Shown here one piece after another: positions 1 through 8,477 of a DNA stretch of 25,546 bases. The notes beneath the pieces are model-generated. The model saw only the letters and a list, made by a program, of their open reading frames with translations, did not search any database and was not told the origin of the DNA. The DNA lies in IMG/VR virus record IMGVR_UViG_3300010392_004285. One strand, given 5' to 3'. The DNA comes from a virus. The stretch's first letter is position 1. Every line of letters begins with the position of its first letter. The translations under genes and the position numbers were made by a program.

Positions 1-377
1 ACCAAAGAGGATTCATTTCACTTAATGATAGTGTACAAGCACTTATGATTGCAGTGAAAAATGAACCGGAACAAGGTCATGTTCAGGTATGGAATCAGTT
101 GAGTGAGTGGCACTCAATGAATGAAATAGCAGGAATGGTAGTTGAAGTAGCTGAGTCAAGAGGAATGGAAATAAGTACTCAGCATATTCCATCACCAAGA
201 ACAGAGTACACTGGTAATCATTACTATAAGTACTCAACAGAAAAGCTTGCAAGCTTTGGATATAAACCAACAAGAACAATACTACAAGAAGTAGATTATG
301 TATTCAACGTCTTAGCTGAGTCAAATGAATACAATGATCTAAAAGATGTTGTAATACCAAAAATAAAGTGGAGATAG
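1..377 (+). CDS. 3' end of a UDP-sulfoquinovose synthase (SQD1/SqdB-like) NAD-dependent epimerase/dehydratase; the gene begins upstream of the window
   Basis: The reading frame is open from nt 3 to the stop at 375-377. The C-terminal sequence (VWNQLSEWHSMNEIAGMV...IPSPRTEYTGNHYYKYSTEKLASFGYKP...VIPKIKWR) aligns by eye to the Arabidopsis SQD1 C-terminus (RVFNQFTEQFSVNELASLV...[27 protein letters not shown]...IMPSVSWKK). It is also similar to the C-terminus of the 5978..7174 product. Confidence 0.6.
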   Translation, partial: QRGFISLNDSVQALMIAVKNEPEQGHVQVWNQLSEWHSMNEIAGMVVEVAESRGMEISTQHIPSPRTEYTGNHYYKYSTEKLASFGYKPTRTILQEVDYVFNVLAESNEYNDLKDVVIPKIKWR

Positions 378-378
378 T

Positions 379-1353
379 ATGAAGATTTTGTTTCCAGTTG
401 TTGATAGGTCTATAAGAGTGGCCACACATTTTACTCAATTTCAAAAAGCTTTGAGTAAAGTAGCCGATGTTGATTTTGTAATGAGGAAAATACCAGAGGG
501 TTATAAGACAGGTAATTATGCTAAGAAAGTACTTACGGGACAGATAAAACCAAAAAGGATATTAGATAGTTATTTCGAAAAGGATTATGACTTTATAGTC
601 ACTGACTCTGATTTTGTCTTTGTCCATGAAAATTGGAAAAGTACAAAAATTCCAAAGGCTATAATAAAGGAAGACATTTATAGTGTAAACTCGGGTTTGC
701 AAGTGAAGTGGGCTAAAGAGAATAAATTTGATATAATTTTCTATAAGTATAAGAACCCATTTTTTAAAAAATATAGAGCTGTTGAAAATATATTCAGGTG
801 TATGTGGTCACCACATTCAGTTGACATAGAAATGTTTAAAGATTATGGATTGAAAAAGAAGTATGAAGTATTGTTGGTAGGAAGACGTGGCAAAAATACT
901 TATCCAAAAAGAAATAGATTACATCACTTATTGAAAGGCAAGAAGTATTTCACATCAATCAATAGACCATTGGAGTCAAATGTGGGATGTGAAAAAGAAT
1001 GTTTAGATAAGTGGCCAGTAAAAGAAGACTATGCTAAATTATTAAATCAAGCAGAAATATGTGTTACAAGCGGACTTTCTTTTGATTATCCTGTTATGAA
1101 GTACTTTGAAATACCTGCCTCAAAATGTTTGCTTATGTCAAATTGGTTTTCAGAATTAGCCGATCTTGGTTTTAAAGATGGAGAAAATATGGTTGTGATT
1201 GATTTCAAAAACTTAGACTCTCAAATAAGATCACTTTTAAATAATAAAGAAGAATTAAAAAGAATACAAAATAATGGATATGAACTTATTCATAAATTCC
1301 ATACGTGTGATATAAGAGCAGACACCATGGTAAGGAGATTAGAAGAATGGTAG
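379..1353 (+). CDS. Putative glycosyltransferase (CgeB/Glyco_trans_1_2-like C-terminal region), paralogue A of the 3882..4853 product
   Basis: The ATG has a GGAG RBS 6 nt upstream. It is 324 aa and clearly paralogous to the 323-aa 3882..4853 product; the C-terminal block DYPVMKYFEIPA...NGYELIHKFHT matches KYPVMKFFEIPA...NGYELVHEQHT. Family assignment is tentative. Confidence 0.45.
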   Translation: MKILFPVVDRSIRVATHFTQFQKALSKVADVDFVMRKIPEGYKTGNYAKKVLTGQIKPKRILDSYFEKDYDFIVTDSDFVFVHENWKSTKIPKAIIKEDIYSVNSGLQVKWAKENKFDIIFYKYKNPFFKKYRAVENIFRCMWSPHSVDIEMFKDYGLKKKYEVLLVGRRGKNTYPKRNRLHHLLKGKKYFTSINRPLESNVGCEKECLDKWPVKEDYAKLLNQAEICVTSGLSFDYPVMKYFEIPASKCLLMSNWFSELADLGFKDGENMVVIDFKNLDSQIRSLLNNKEELKRIQNNGYELIHKFHTCDIRADTMVRRLEEW

Positions 1354-1934
1354 AAAAAGCAAAAATGAAGGAGCCAACAGCCGCTCAGTATGACGTGCAC
1401 TTTAAAAAACAAGTTGTTGGTAATCCTAAACAGAGAAAGAAAAATCAATGGCACAGAAGGGGATTCTATGAAATAGCAAAAAGTTTTTTACCTAAAGACA
1501 AGGGAGTAATTGAACTTGGTTGTGGTGATGGATTTTTTACAAATTTTTTAGATGAAGGACAAGGATACCTCGGCATTGATTTTTGTACAGTACTCATAAA
1601 TCATGGTAGAAAAATGTATCCTAATCATACTTTTATACAGGCAGATGTAAGGGAACCAGGCTTATCAATGTTATTCACAGATAAGTTTTCTTATGTTTCC
1701 ATAGAAGTAATGGAGCATATAAAGAATGACTTAGAAGTTATTGCAAGTATACCAACTGGGTCTGATTTTATATTTTCAGTTCCAAGTAGGGATAATATGT
1801 TTCATGTTAGATATTTTAAGAGCTTCGATCAAATAAAAGATAGATATAAACACCTATTAGAGTTTTTAGATCACGGTAAGCACGAAACAACTCAAGGTAA
1901 TTTTATAAGAGTCAGTAAAACAATAAGAAAGTAA
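1347..1934 (+). CDS. Class I SAM-dependent methyltransferase
   Basis: It has SAM motif I VIELGCGDGFF and a downstream acidic-loop/post-II motif (FSYVSIEVMEHI). It overlaps the upstream gene by 7 nt (ATGGTAG), so it is translationally coupled to the GT-like gene, and has an AAGGAG RBS. Confidence 0.7.
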   Translation: MVEKAKMKEPTAAQYDVHFKKQVVGNPKQRKKNQWHRRGFYEIAKSFLPKDKGVIELGCGDGFFTNFLDEGQGYLGIDFCTVLINHGRKMYPNHTFIQADVREPGLSMLFTDKFSYVSIEVMEHIKNDLEVIASIPTGSDFIFSVPSRDNMFHVRYFKSFDQIKDRYKHLLEFLDHGKHETTQGNFIRVSKTIRK

Positions 1935-1947
1935 TAATGGAGAATAA

Positions 1948-3900
1948 ATGAACAATATTGAAGTTCAAAAACTTAGAAGCGATACATTGAAATACTTTGG
2001 TGAGGGTCGTGCTAATAAGATAGACAAGATGAATAGCCGTCAGTTAGAAGATTTGAAAAGAGAAATTCATCAAATAAAACTTAAGAGTATGCCATCACAT
2101 GCGGAATTGAGAACAAGGAAAAAGAACATGGTTGTATTAGATGCTGGTTCACCATGTCCATCACATGCAGAATTGAGAGTAAGGAAACGGGAAGCTAGAG
2201 AAAAAGCTTCATTTGGACCCGAAATTTCTGTAATTATTCCATATATGCATACACCAGAGAGGTTTCCATTATTAATGTCGTGTATATCTTCTTTGAGTTC
2301 TGAAGTTGAGATATGTGTAGTTGAAATTGGTAAAAAGAGAAGTGTTTTCTTACCACCAGATGATTTTGAATATATGTTCGTATATTATTCTAACATGATG
2401 CATAGAGGATGGGCATTAAACCTTGGCGCTAGACATCTAGCGACAGGTAGGAAGTTGGTTTTATTGGATGCTGATGTAATAATACCAGATAACTTCTTTG
2501 ATATGGTAAAGTGGTGTGACTATCCAGCAGTTGCTTGGAATAAGATGTATTATTTAGATGAACATAATACTAGAGATTATATGCTACGTTTATTACAGAA
2601 AGGTGAACGAGGTATATTTAGTGAATATGCAGTAAAAGAAAAATGTGAAACTGTAAAAGAACCAAGATTTGATGGTCCAGCAGGTGGTATAACTGTGGTG
2701 CCAAGAGATATATTTTTCCAATTAAAAGGAGTTCCTGAAAACTTTGAAGGCACTTGGGGTGGTCCGGATAACGCTTTCGCAGCAAAACTTCGAGCATTTG
2801 GCAATCCATTTAAGACGTTGAATTTGGATAGTATACATCTTTATCACTCAAAGAATACTCCAAGAAATAACAATATTGCTTTGAAAGCAAGAACAATGAT
2901 GCGATGGACAAAAGGACAATGGGCAAATGAAATAAACGTAGTTGGTAATAATTGGGGTAATAAGAAAAAATCCGTCTCTAAAGTTGATACACAAATGAAG
3001 TATGTCTTACCTGATTATATGAACGTCAGCCTATTGAGAAATATTGCTATAGGTAATACTGAACAAGAATATATTGAGCCAGGTATAGTTATTGATGATT
3101 TATGTAAGATGTGGTCTGGTTTTAATAGAGGAACTCTAAAAAGAGTATTTGACTCTAAAGAAACAATGCTTACTTTGGCAATGTTGTCACTGATTAGAAC
3201 TGAAACAATGTTAAGTATGTTGGATCACTGGGAAGCTACTAGATACATAAAATCGAATATAGCTTTTAATGTACAGGGTAGAGAATGGTTAAGCAATATT
3301 AATAAAAAACTAATTGAAGATAAAGTAGAAGAATATTTCGATAAAAGTTTTTTGACTTTTACAAATTCAAATAGAGGAACTGGTGTTCCAAGACATAATA
3401 TGACACGTAAGGCACTTGAGTTCGATACACCTTATATTATGACTACAGATGATGATATGTTTTTCCCACCGGGCTCAGTTGAAGCGCTTATTTCTATTTT
3501 AGAAGATAACCCAGACTACGGCGCGGTGGATATATGGGTCCATCCAAATTTAAATGCCTGGTTTATAAGACCGGATAAAATGATGTATAGACAACCAACA
3601 TCACCATTTGGTCTTGTTGATGGTATGGGATCAGCCGCATCCGTTATAAGGAGAGAAGTATTTAATACTTGTGATTATGATCCTAATTACTACGTAGGTT
3701 GGGCGGATATTGATTTTTGTATGCAAATGAGAAAGAGTAAATGGAAGTTGGGTATTCTTGCAATACCTGATTATAAAGCGTTAAATCTTAAACAAAGGGG
3801 AACAGATACTTATAAGAGATATGCTCAATTTAGACATGATGCTCAACATCTTGGTAATAGTTCTGTGAGGTTTCAGCAAAAATGGCACATGCAGATATAA
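1948..3900 (+). CDS. Two-domain family-2 (GT-A fold) glycosyltransferase
   Basis: The N-domain has ISVIIPYMH...LVLLDADVIIP (DxD) and ...TWGGPDNAF, which resembles the GWGGEDDD block of GT2/GT-A enzymes. The C-domain has YIMTTDDDMFF (DxD) and VGWADIDFCMQMRKSKWKLG, which resembles GT2 GxEDxDLCxR. An N-terminal ~90 aa leader carries a duplicated PSHAELR(T/V)RK(K/R) peptide. Confidence 0.65.
   Translation: MNNIEVQKLRSDTLKYFGEGRANKIDKMNSRQLEDLKREIHQIKLKSMPSHAELRTRKKNMVVLDAGSPCPSHAELRVRKREAREKASFGPEISVIIPYMHTPERFPLLMSCISSLSSEVEICVVEIGKKRSVFLPPDDFEYMFVYYSNMMHRGWALNLGARHLATGRKLVLLDADVIIPDNFFDMVKWCDYPAVAWNKMYYLDEHNTRDYMLRLLQKGERGIFSEYAVKEKCETVKEPRFDGPAGGITVVPRDIFFQLKGVPENFEGTWGGPDNAFAAKLRAFGNPFKTLNLDSIHLYHSKNTPRNNNIALKARTMMRWTKGQWANEINVVGNNWGNKKKSVSKVDTQMKYVLPDYMNVSLLRNIAIGNTEQEYIEPGIVIDDLCKMWSGFNRGTLKRVFDSKETMLTLAMLSLIRTETMLSMLDHWEATRYIKSNIAFNVQGREWLSNINKKLIEDKVEEYFDKSFLTFTNSNRGTGVPRHNMTRKALEFDTPYIMTTDDDMFFPPGSVEALISILEDNPDYGAVDIWVHPNLNAWFIRPDKMMYRQPTSPFGLVDGMGSAASVIRREVFNTCDYDPNYYVGWADIDFCMQMRKSKWKLGILAIPDYKALNLKQRGTDTYKRYAQFRHDAQHLGNSSVRFQQKWHMQI
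2092..2189 (+). repeat. Two ~33-nt imperfect direct repeats (2092-2124 and 2157-2189) inside the GT2 gene, encoding the PSHAELR(T/V)RK(K/R) peptide twice
   Basis: ccatcacatgcggaattgagaacaaggaaaaag matches ccatcacatgcagaattgagagtaaggaaacgg at 28 of 33 positions. Confidence 0.6.
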
Positions 3901-4853
3901 AAATACTATGGTTAGCAACAGATAGAACTAAACGAGTTGCTAATATATTTGGTCCTTTACAAAAAGAAGTATCAAAAATAGCAAAAGTTCATTTTATTTT
4001 TAGACAATTACCATTAGGTATGTTGCCAAAAGCTTGGCAACAAAAGTTCACTAAAGGCAAGGAAAAACCACTGAGATTATTAAATCCTAAGTTTGCAAAC
4101 GAATTTGACTTCATTATGATTGATGCTCCATTTGCTTTTCTTGATGAAGATTGGGATAAGATAAAGACAAAAAAGGGTGTGTTAATAGAGGACCAACATG
4201 GTGATAATCTTGAATATACTAAAAGATATATGAGTCATGGATTTGATGTGTTTTTTACTAGATACAATAATATTTTAAAACAACATCCATGGCTAAAGGA
4301 TCAGACTATAAAATGGTTGCCTCACTCATTTGATCCAGAAGTATTTAAAGATTATAGAGAATATAAAAAGTGGGATTGTTTGATGGTCGGTAGAACCCAA
4401 CCAAAAATATATCCACTAAGATGGAAAGCACATGAACAAATGAGTAATTCTGATGTGGCCTATAATAGAGTAGAAAGACCAGAAGAAAACGTACCAGAAC
4501 AAATGAGATGGCCAATTCACAAAGAGTATGCGCAGTTAATAAATTGTTCTAAAATATCATTTACTTGTACCAGTGTATTTAAATATCCTGTTATGAAGTT
4601 TTTTGAGATACCAGCATGTAACTCATCTTTATTTGCTGACTATAACAAGGAGATAGGTGATTTAGGATTTGAACCAAATAGAAATATGGTTGACTTAAAT
4701 GGAGTTGGAGATATAACACTTTTAGTCAAAAGTTGGTTAAAATCACCAAAAATGTTGAAAGAATTATCTCAAAATGGATATGAATTAGTGCATGAACAAC
4801 ATACAGCTAAGAAAAGGGCTGAACAATTTATTGATTATGTAGAGGAAATATGA
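3882..4853 (+). CDS. Putative glycosyltransferase (CgeB/Glyco_trans_1_2-like), paralogue B of the 379..1353 product
   Basis: It is 323 aa and roughly 35-40% identical by eye to the 379..1353 product, with the same domain order. The ATG at 3882 overlaps the upstream GT2 gene by 19 nt, so the exact start is uncertain. Confidence 0.45.
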   Translation: MAHADIKILWLATDRTKRVANIFGPLQKEVSKIAKVHFIFRQLPLGMLPKAWQQKFTKGKEKPLRLLNPKFANEFDFIMIDAPFAFLDEDWDKIKTKKGVLIEDQHGDNLEYTKRYMSHGFDVFFTRYNNILKQHPWLKDQTIKWLPHSFDPEVFKDYREYKKWDCLMVGRTQPKIYPLRWKAHEQMSNSDVAYNRVERPEENVPEQMRWPIHKEYAQLINCSKISFTCTSVFKYPVMKFFEIPACNSSLFADYNKEIGDLGFEPNRNMVDLNGVGDITLLVKSWLKSPKMLKELSQNGYELVHEQHTAKKRAEQFIDYVEEI

Positions 4854-5458
4854 AAGATTACCTGAAAGTAAATGAAGAAAAAACAAATCAACTTCTTAGA
4901 AAACTTAAAGATCAAAGGTATATGAATGCCAAAAGAAATGCCAAAAGAAATACCTTTAAATTTATTAAGGGACTCATAAGTAGAAAATGGGAAATACTTG
5001 ACATAGGATGTAGGGATGGTATGTGGTTAAATATATTAAAAGGTGCTAAGTTTAATAACTTAAGAGGTATTGATATTTCAGAAAAGGCACTTGAAATAGC
5101 TCGAAAGAAAGGTCATAATGTAGTGAGAGGAGATGCACAAGAGTTACCATTCCCAGACGAGGAATTTCATTTTGTTAGTATAATTCACACATTAGAACAT
5201 TGTCCCGAACCCCAAAAGGTACTATCTGAAATAAAAAGAGTACTTAAACCAAATGGTAGAATACTTGTAGTGGTTCCATTGCAGAAGAAGGAGCCGGTGC
5301 CAACCGTGTGGGCACATTACCATTGTTTTAGCAGTTCGAAAGAAGTTATTAATATGCTCGTTAATAATGGATTTAAAAAGATTAAAGTAAACGCAAAACA
5401 AAGACCTCATAATAGGTTCTTGTTTAGGAAAATAAGACATAAAGATAAGGAAGAATAA
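4850..5458 (+). CDS. Class I SAM-dependent methyltransferase (second copy, diverged)
   Basis: It has SAM motif I ILDIGCRDGMW, FVSIIHTLEHC, and ATGA overlap with the upstream paralogue-B GT-like gene. This GT-like + MTase arrangement mirrors 379..1934. Confidence 0.7.
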   Translation: MKDYLKVNEEKTNQLLRKLKDQRYMNAKRNAKRNTFKFIKGLISRKWEILDIGCRDGMWLNILKGAKFNNLRGIDISEKALEIARKKGHNVVRGDAQELPFPDEEFHFVSIIHTLEHCPEPQKVLSEIKRVLKPNGRILVVVPLQKKEPVPTVWAHYHCFSSSKEVINMLVNNGFKKIKVNAKQRPHNRFLFRKIRHKDKEE

Positions 5459-5985
5459 TGGCCGGACACTGGAATATAATAATTGATTTATTAAAAAACG
5501 ATCCTCCAAAGATATGTGCTGAAGTTGGTGTATATAGAGGACGGTTTGCATCACAAATACTTGGTAGATTTTCTGAAATTACAACTTATTATTGTATTGA
5601 TACATGGAAACATTATGATGACTTCACTGCAATTTTACGCCCACAAGGAGAAATGGCTAAATGTGATTTTAATAAAATATTCCGTGATTTTAAAGTCAAA
5701 ATAAAACCTTATAAAAGTAAAGTTAAAATATATAGAATGACTAGCAAAAAAGCAGCCAAACTGATTAAAGATGGCACCTTAGATTTTGTTTTTATAGATG
5801 CTAACCATGCTTATGATTATATTAAGGAAGACATAGGAATATGGTTGCCAAAGGTTAAGAAAGGTGGTGTAATTTCTGGACATGATTACAATGTCAAACG
5901 ATTTGGAGTAACTGAAGCAGTTGATGAATTACTACCAAAGGCAAATTCAAAGAAAACAGTTTGGTACTGGAGGGTAAATGGATAA
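5458..5985 (+). CDS. TylF/MycF-like (Methyltransf_24 / macrocin O-methyltransferase-type) SAM-dependent sugar O-methyltransferase
   Basis: It has EVGVYRG at the SAM site and the hallmark FVFIDANHAYDYIKEDIGIWLPKVKKGGVISGHDY block, which resembles DGDHSYE...Y.KV..GG.IIFDDY of TylF/MycF. The start ATG overlaps the upstream stop (TAATG). Confidence 0.6.
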   Translation: MAGHWNIIIDLLKNDPPKICAEVGVYRGRFASQILGRFSEITTYYCIDTWKHYDDFTAILRPQGEMAKCDFNKIFRDFKVKIKPYKSKVKIYRMTSKKAAKLIKDGTLDFVFIDANHAYDYIKEDIGIWLPKVKKGGVISGHDYNVKRFGVTEAVDELLPKANSKKTVWYWRVNG

Positions 5986-7174
5986 TATTTTAGTAATGGG
6001 TGGTGATGGTTTTTGTGGTTGGCCAACATCTTTACATTTATCCAGACATGGGTATAATGTAGTTATTGTAGACAACTTAGTAAGAAGAAAAACAGATATT
6101 GAACTTGGATGCGATTCTCTTACACCAATATCACCTATACGAGAAAGAATTAAAGCATGGAAAGAATTAACTGGAAATGAAATTGCATATAAGTATATAG
6201 ATGTTTCAGACCACTATCATAGAATTTTGAGTTTGATAAATGAATATAAACCAAAAGCGATTGTACATTTTGCGGAGCAAAGAGCTGCTCCGTATTCTAT
6301 GAAGTCATCGTTCCATAAAAGATATACAGTTAATAATAATTTAAATGCCACTAATAATATACTATGTGCGATTGTTGAATCTGGATTAGATATTCATTTG
6401 GTTCATCTTGGAACTACAGGATATTATGGATATTCAGATGTAGGTATGATGATACCGGAAGGATACTTATCAGTAAAAGTTGATGTAGAAGGTGATGAAA
6501 GAGAAATTGAGATAATGTATCCACCAAGTCCTGGAAGCGTATATCATATGACAAAATGCCAGGATGCTATTCTATTTTTATATTTCAATAAAAATGATGG
6601 AGTAAAGGTAACAGACTTACATCAAGGTATAGTGTGGGGAACACAGACAGAAGAAACAAAACTTGATGAAAGATTGATTAACAGATTTGACTATGATGGT
6701 GACTATGGAACAGTTTTGAATAGATTTCTAATGCAGTCACAAATAGGATATCCACTAACAGTGTATGGAACGGGTGGACAAACAAGGGCTTTTATACATA
6801 TACAAAATAGTGTAGAATGTATAAGATTGGCTGTTGAAAGTACTCCATCCGATGAAAAAGTAAGAATTTTTAACCAAACAACAGAGTGTTTAAAAGTATA
6901 CGATTTAGCTCAAAAAATTAGTACAATTACAGGTGCTACAATAAGAACATATGATAATCCACGAAACGAAGACCCAGAAAATGATCTCAAATTTGTAAAT
7001 GATGGTTTATTAAATTTGGGTTTGAAACCAATTACTTTAGACAATGGTTTGATGGAAGAAGTAATGGATATAGCAAAGAAATATGGTCATAGGTGTAATA
7101 AAGATAAAATAATATGTACTTCATTATGGAGTAAAAACAAAGAAATAGATTTTATAGGGAAGGAAATTGTATGA
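5978..7174 (+). CDS. UDP-sulfoquinovose synthase (SQD1/SqdB/Agl3 family) extended SDR
   Basis: The N-terminus [34 protein letters not shown] matches the SQD1 signature [44 protein letters not shown] matches HFGEQRSAPYSM. The catalytic Thr sits in LGTTGYYGY (SQD1 LGTMGEYGT). The YHMTK Tyr-His-x-x-Lys matches YHLSK. [10 protein letters not shown] matches TDLNQGVVYG, and LNRF...[16 protein letters not shown] matches LNRF...GHPLTVYGKGGQTRGY. Confidence 0.75.
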   Translation: [398 protein letters not shown]

Positions 7175-8100
7175 AGAAACCGAAAATATTATTAATAACT
7201 GATGTATGGGGATGGGGTGGTCACCATCGTGGAGAACAAATAGTAAATTGGTTGTCTGATGAATTTGAATTTGAGCTGATAACTCAGGCAATGTTTGTTA
7301 GACAACAATATAAGTTAAAACTTAATGAGTATGATTTATATTATCCATTATTTCATGTACAATTACAGTTAAAGGATTTACAGGACAGAATGGATAAAGT
7401 TGTAACAGTTGTAACAGTTAGACAACCCATAAAAGAAAAATTTGCAAAGTCTGGTGTTAGTGCCAAGGAAGGTTTTCTAAGGCTTGCAAACAAATGCAGA
7501 GCAGTATTTGTCAATAATATGCTGGCATTAAGAGAGCTAAGAACATATTATAAAGGCCCGACATTCTATGTTCCAAGGGGAGTAGATGAAAAGCTATTTT
7601 CATATAGTCCTTATCCAAGTGGTACATTTTCTGCTTGTTTTGTTGGCAAAGGTAGGATGCCAGAAAAGGGATATAGTAGTCATATAGTACCGGCCTGTGC
7701 TAGATCAAATACACGTATTATTTCCAATATTAAAAATTATAGAAATGCTGACTCACAGGATATTTTAAAAACACAGATATATGATAGAGCGCATGTTTTG
7801 ATGGTGGCAAGTACTTTTGATGGAACGCCAAATCCAGCACTTGAAGCTGCTTCATGTGGTAGACCAATTTTATCTAATAGAATCGGTAATATGCCAGAGT
7901 TTGTAGAGAGTGGAGTTAATGGATTTTTAGTTAGAAGAAATATTAATGACTATGTAGAGAAGTTAAATTGGATGAAAAGAAATACTGCAAAGTGTGATAA
8001 GATGGGTCAAAGAGCTAGACAAAAAATAGAAGATGAGTGGTGTTGGAGAGAAACTCTTAATAGGTATGAAAGGCCAGCACTTAGGGTAGTTTTAAAATAA
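7171..8100 (+). CDS. GT4-family (GT-B fold) glycosyltransferase; candidate SqdX/SQD2-like sulfoquinovosyltransferase by context
   Basis: The C-terminal GT4 motif VLMVASTFDGTPNPALEAASCGRPILSNRIGNMPEFVESGVNGFLV is compared with SqdX [46 protein letters not shown]. The ATGA overlap with the SQD1-like gene mirrors the bacterial sqdB-sqdX adjacency. Confidence 0.65.
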   Translation: MKKPKILLITDVWGWGGHHRGEQIVNWLSDEFEFELITQAMFVRQQYKLKLNEYDLYYPLFHVQLQLKDLQDRMDKVVTVVTVRQPIKEKFAKSGVSAKEGFLRLANKCRAVFVNNMLALRELRTYYKGPTFYVPRGVDEKLFSYSPYPSGTFSACFVGKGRMPEKGYSSHIVPACARSNTRIISNIKNYRNADSQDILKTQIYDRAHVLMVASTFDGTPNPALEAASCGRPILSNRIGNMPEFVESGVNGFLVRRNINDYVEKLNWMKRNTAKCDKMGQRARQKIEDEWCWRETLNRYERPALRVVLK

Positions 8101-8117
8101 AATGTGAGGTGAATAAA

Positions 8118-8477
8118 ATGAGTGAAGTAGAGTTTTATTATAATGGAGAAAAAGCGTTTAGAACATATGAATATGGTTCAGATTATTACTTTGATGATGG
8201 ACATTCATATGCATCATCAACTACTTCTGCCAGCTATGCCGCATCGGCTACTTCTGATAGTGCTTTAGCTACACAGTATGCATTACAGTCATATGCTGAG
8301 AAGCTGGCTAATAGAATGTATGAAGATAACTTAAAAGATGTTGATAAAGATTATGTTGCTGGTATGATATATGCAATACTAATGAAAGAAGATATACCTA
8401 AATCAACAGTAGAAAGACTTATGGACGATAGACCAGGGAACGAAAAATTATTTAAAGACGAGGATTTTTTAATATGA
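8118..8477 (+). CDS. Hypothetical protein with a Ser/Thr/Ala-rich low-complexity segment
   Basis: The ORF track starts at a GTG at 8109. An in-frame ATG at 8118 has a GAGG RBS 9 nt upstream, so I call 8118. The product contains SSTTSASYAASATSDSALAT. I recognised no family. Confidence 0.5.
   Translation: MSEVEFYYNGEKAFRTYEYGSDYYFDDGHSYASSTTSASYAASATSDSALATQYALQSYAEKLANRMYEDNLKDVDKDYVAGMIYAILMKEDIPKSTVERLMDDRPGNEKLFKDEDFLI

Noticed and set aside
43-279. A 78-aa minus-strand ORF overlapping the SQD1 3' end
   Set aside because: It is antisense to a well-supported conserved coding frame. It has no RBS and low-complexity composition, so I treat it as spurious.
2577-2809. Two minus-strand ORFs (75 and 63 aa) inside the GT2 gene, and similarly the 5222..5554 and 5516..5704 ORFs inside the MTase genes
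   Set aside because: They are fully embedded antisense or alternate-frame ORFs within genes that have clear family motifs, which is a typical AT-rich artefact.
7411-7430. The short tandem gttgtaaca x2 inside the GT4 gene
   Set aside because: It is just a VVTVVTV codon repeat. It is too short to be meaningful.
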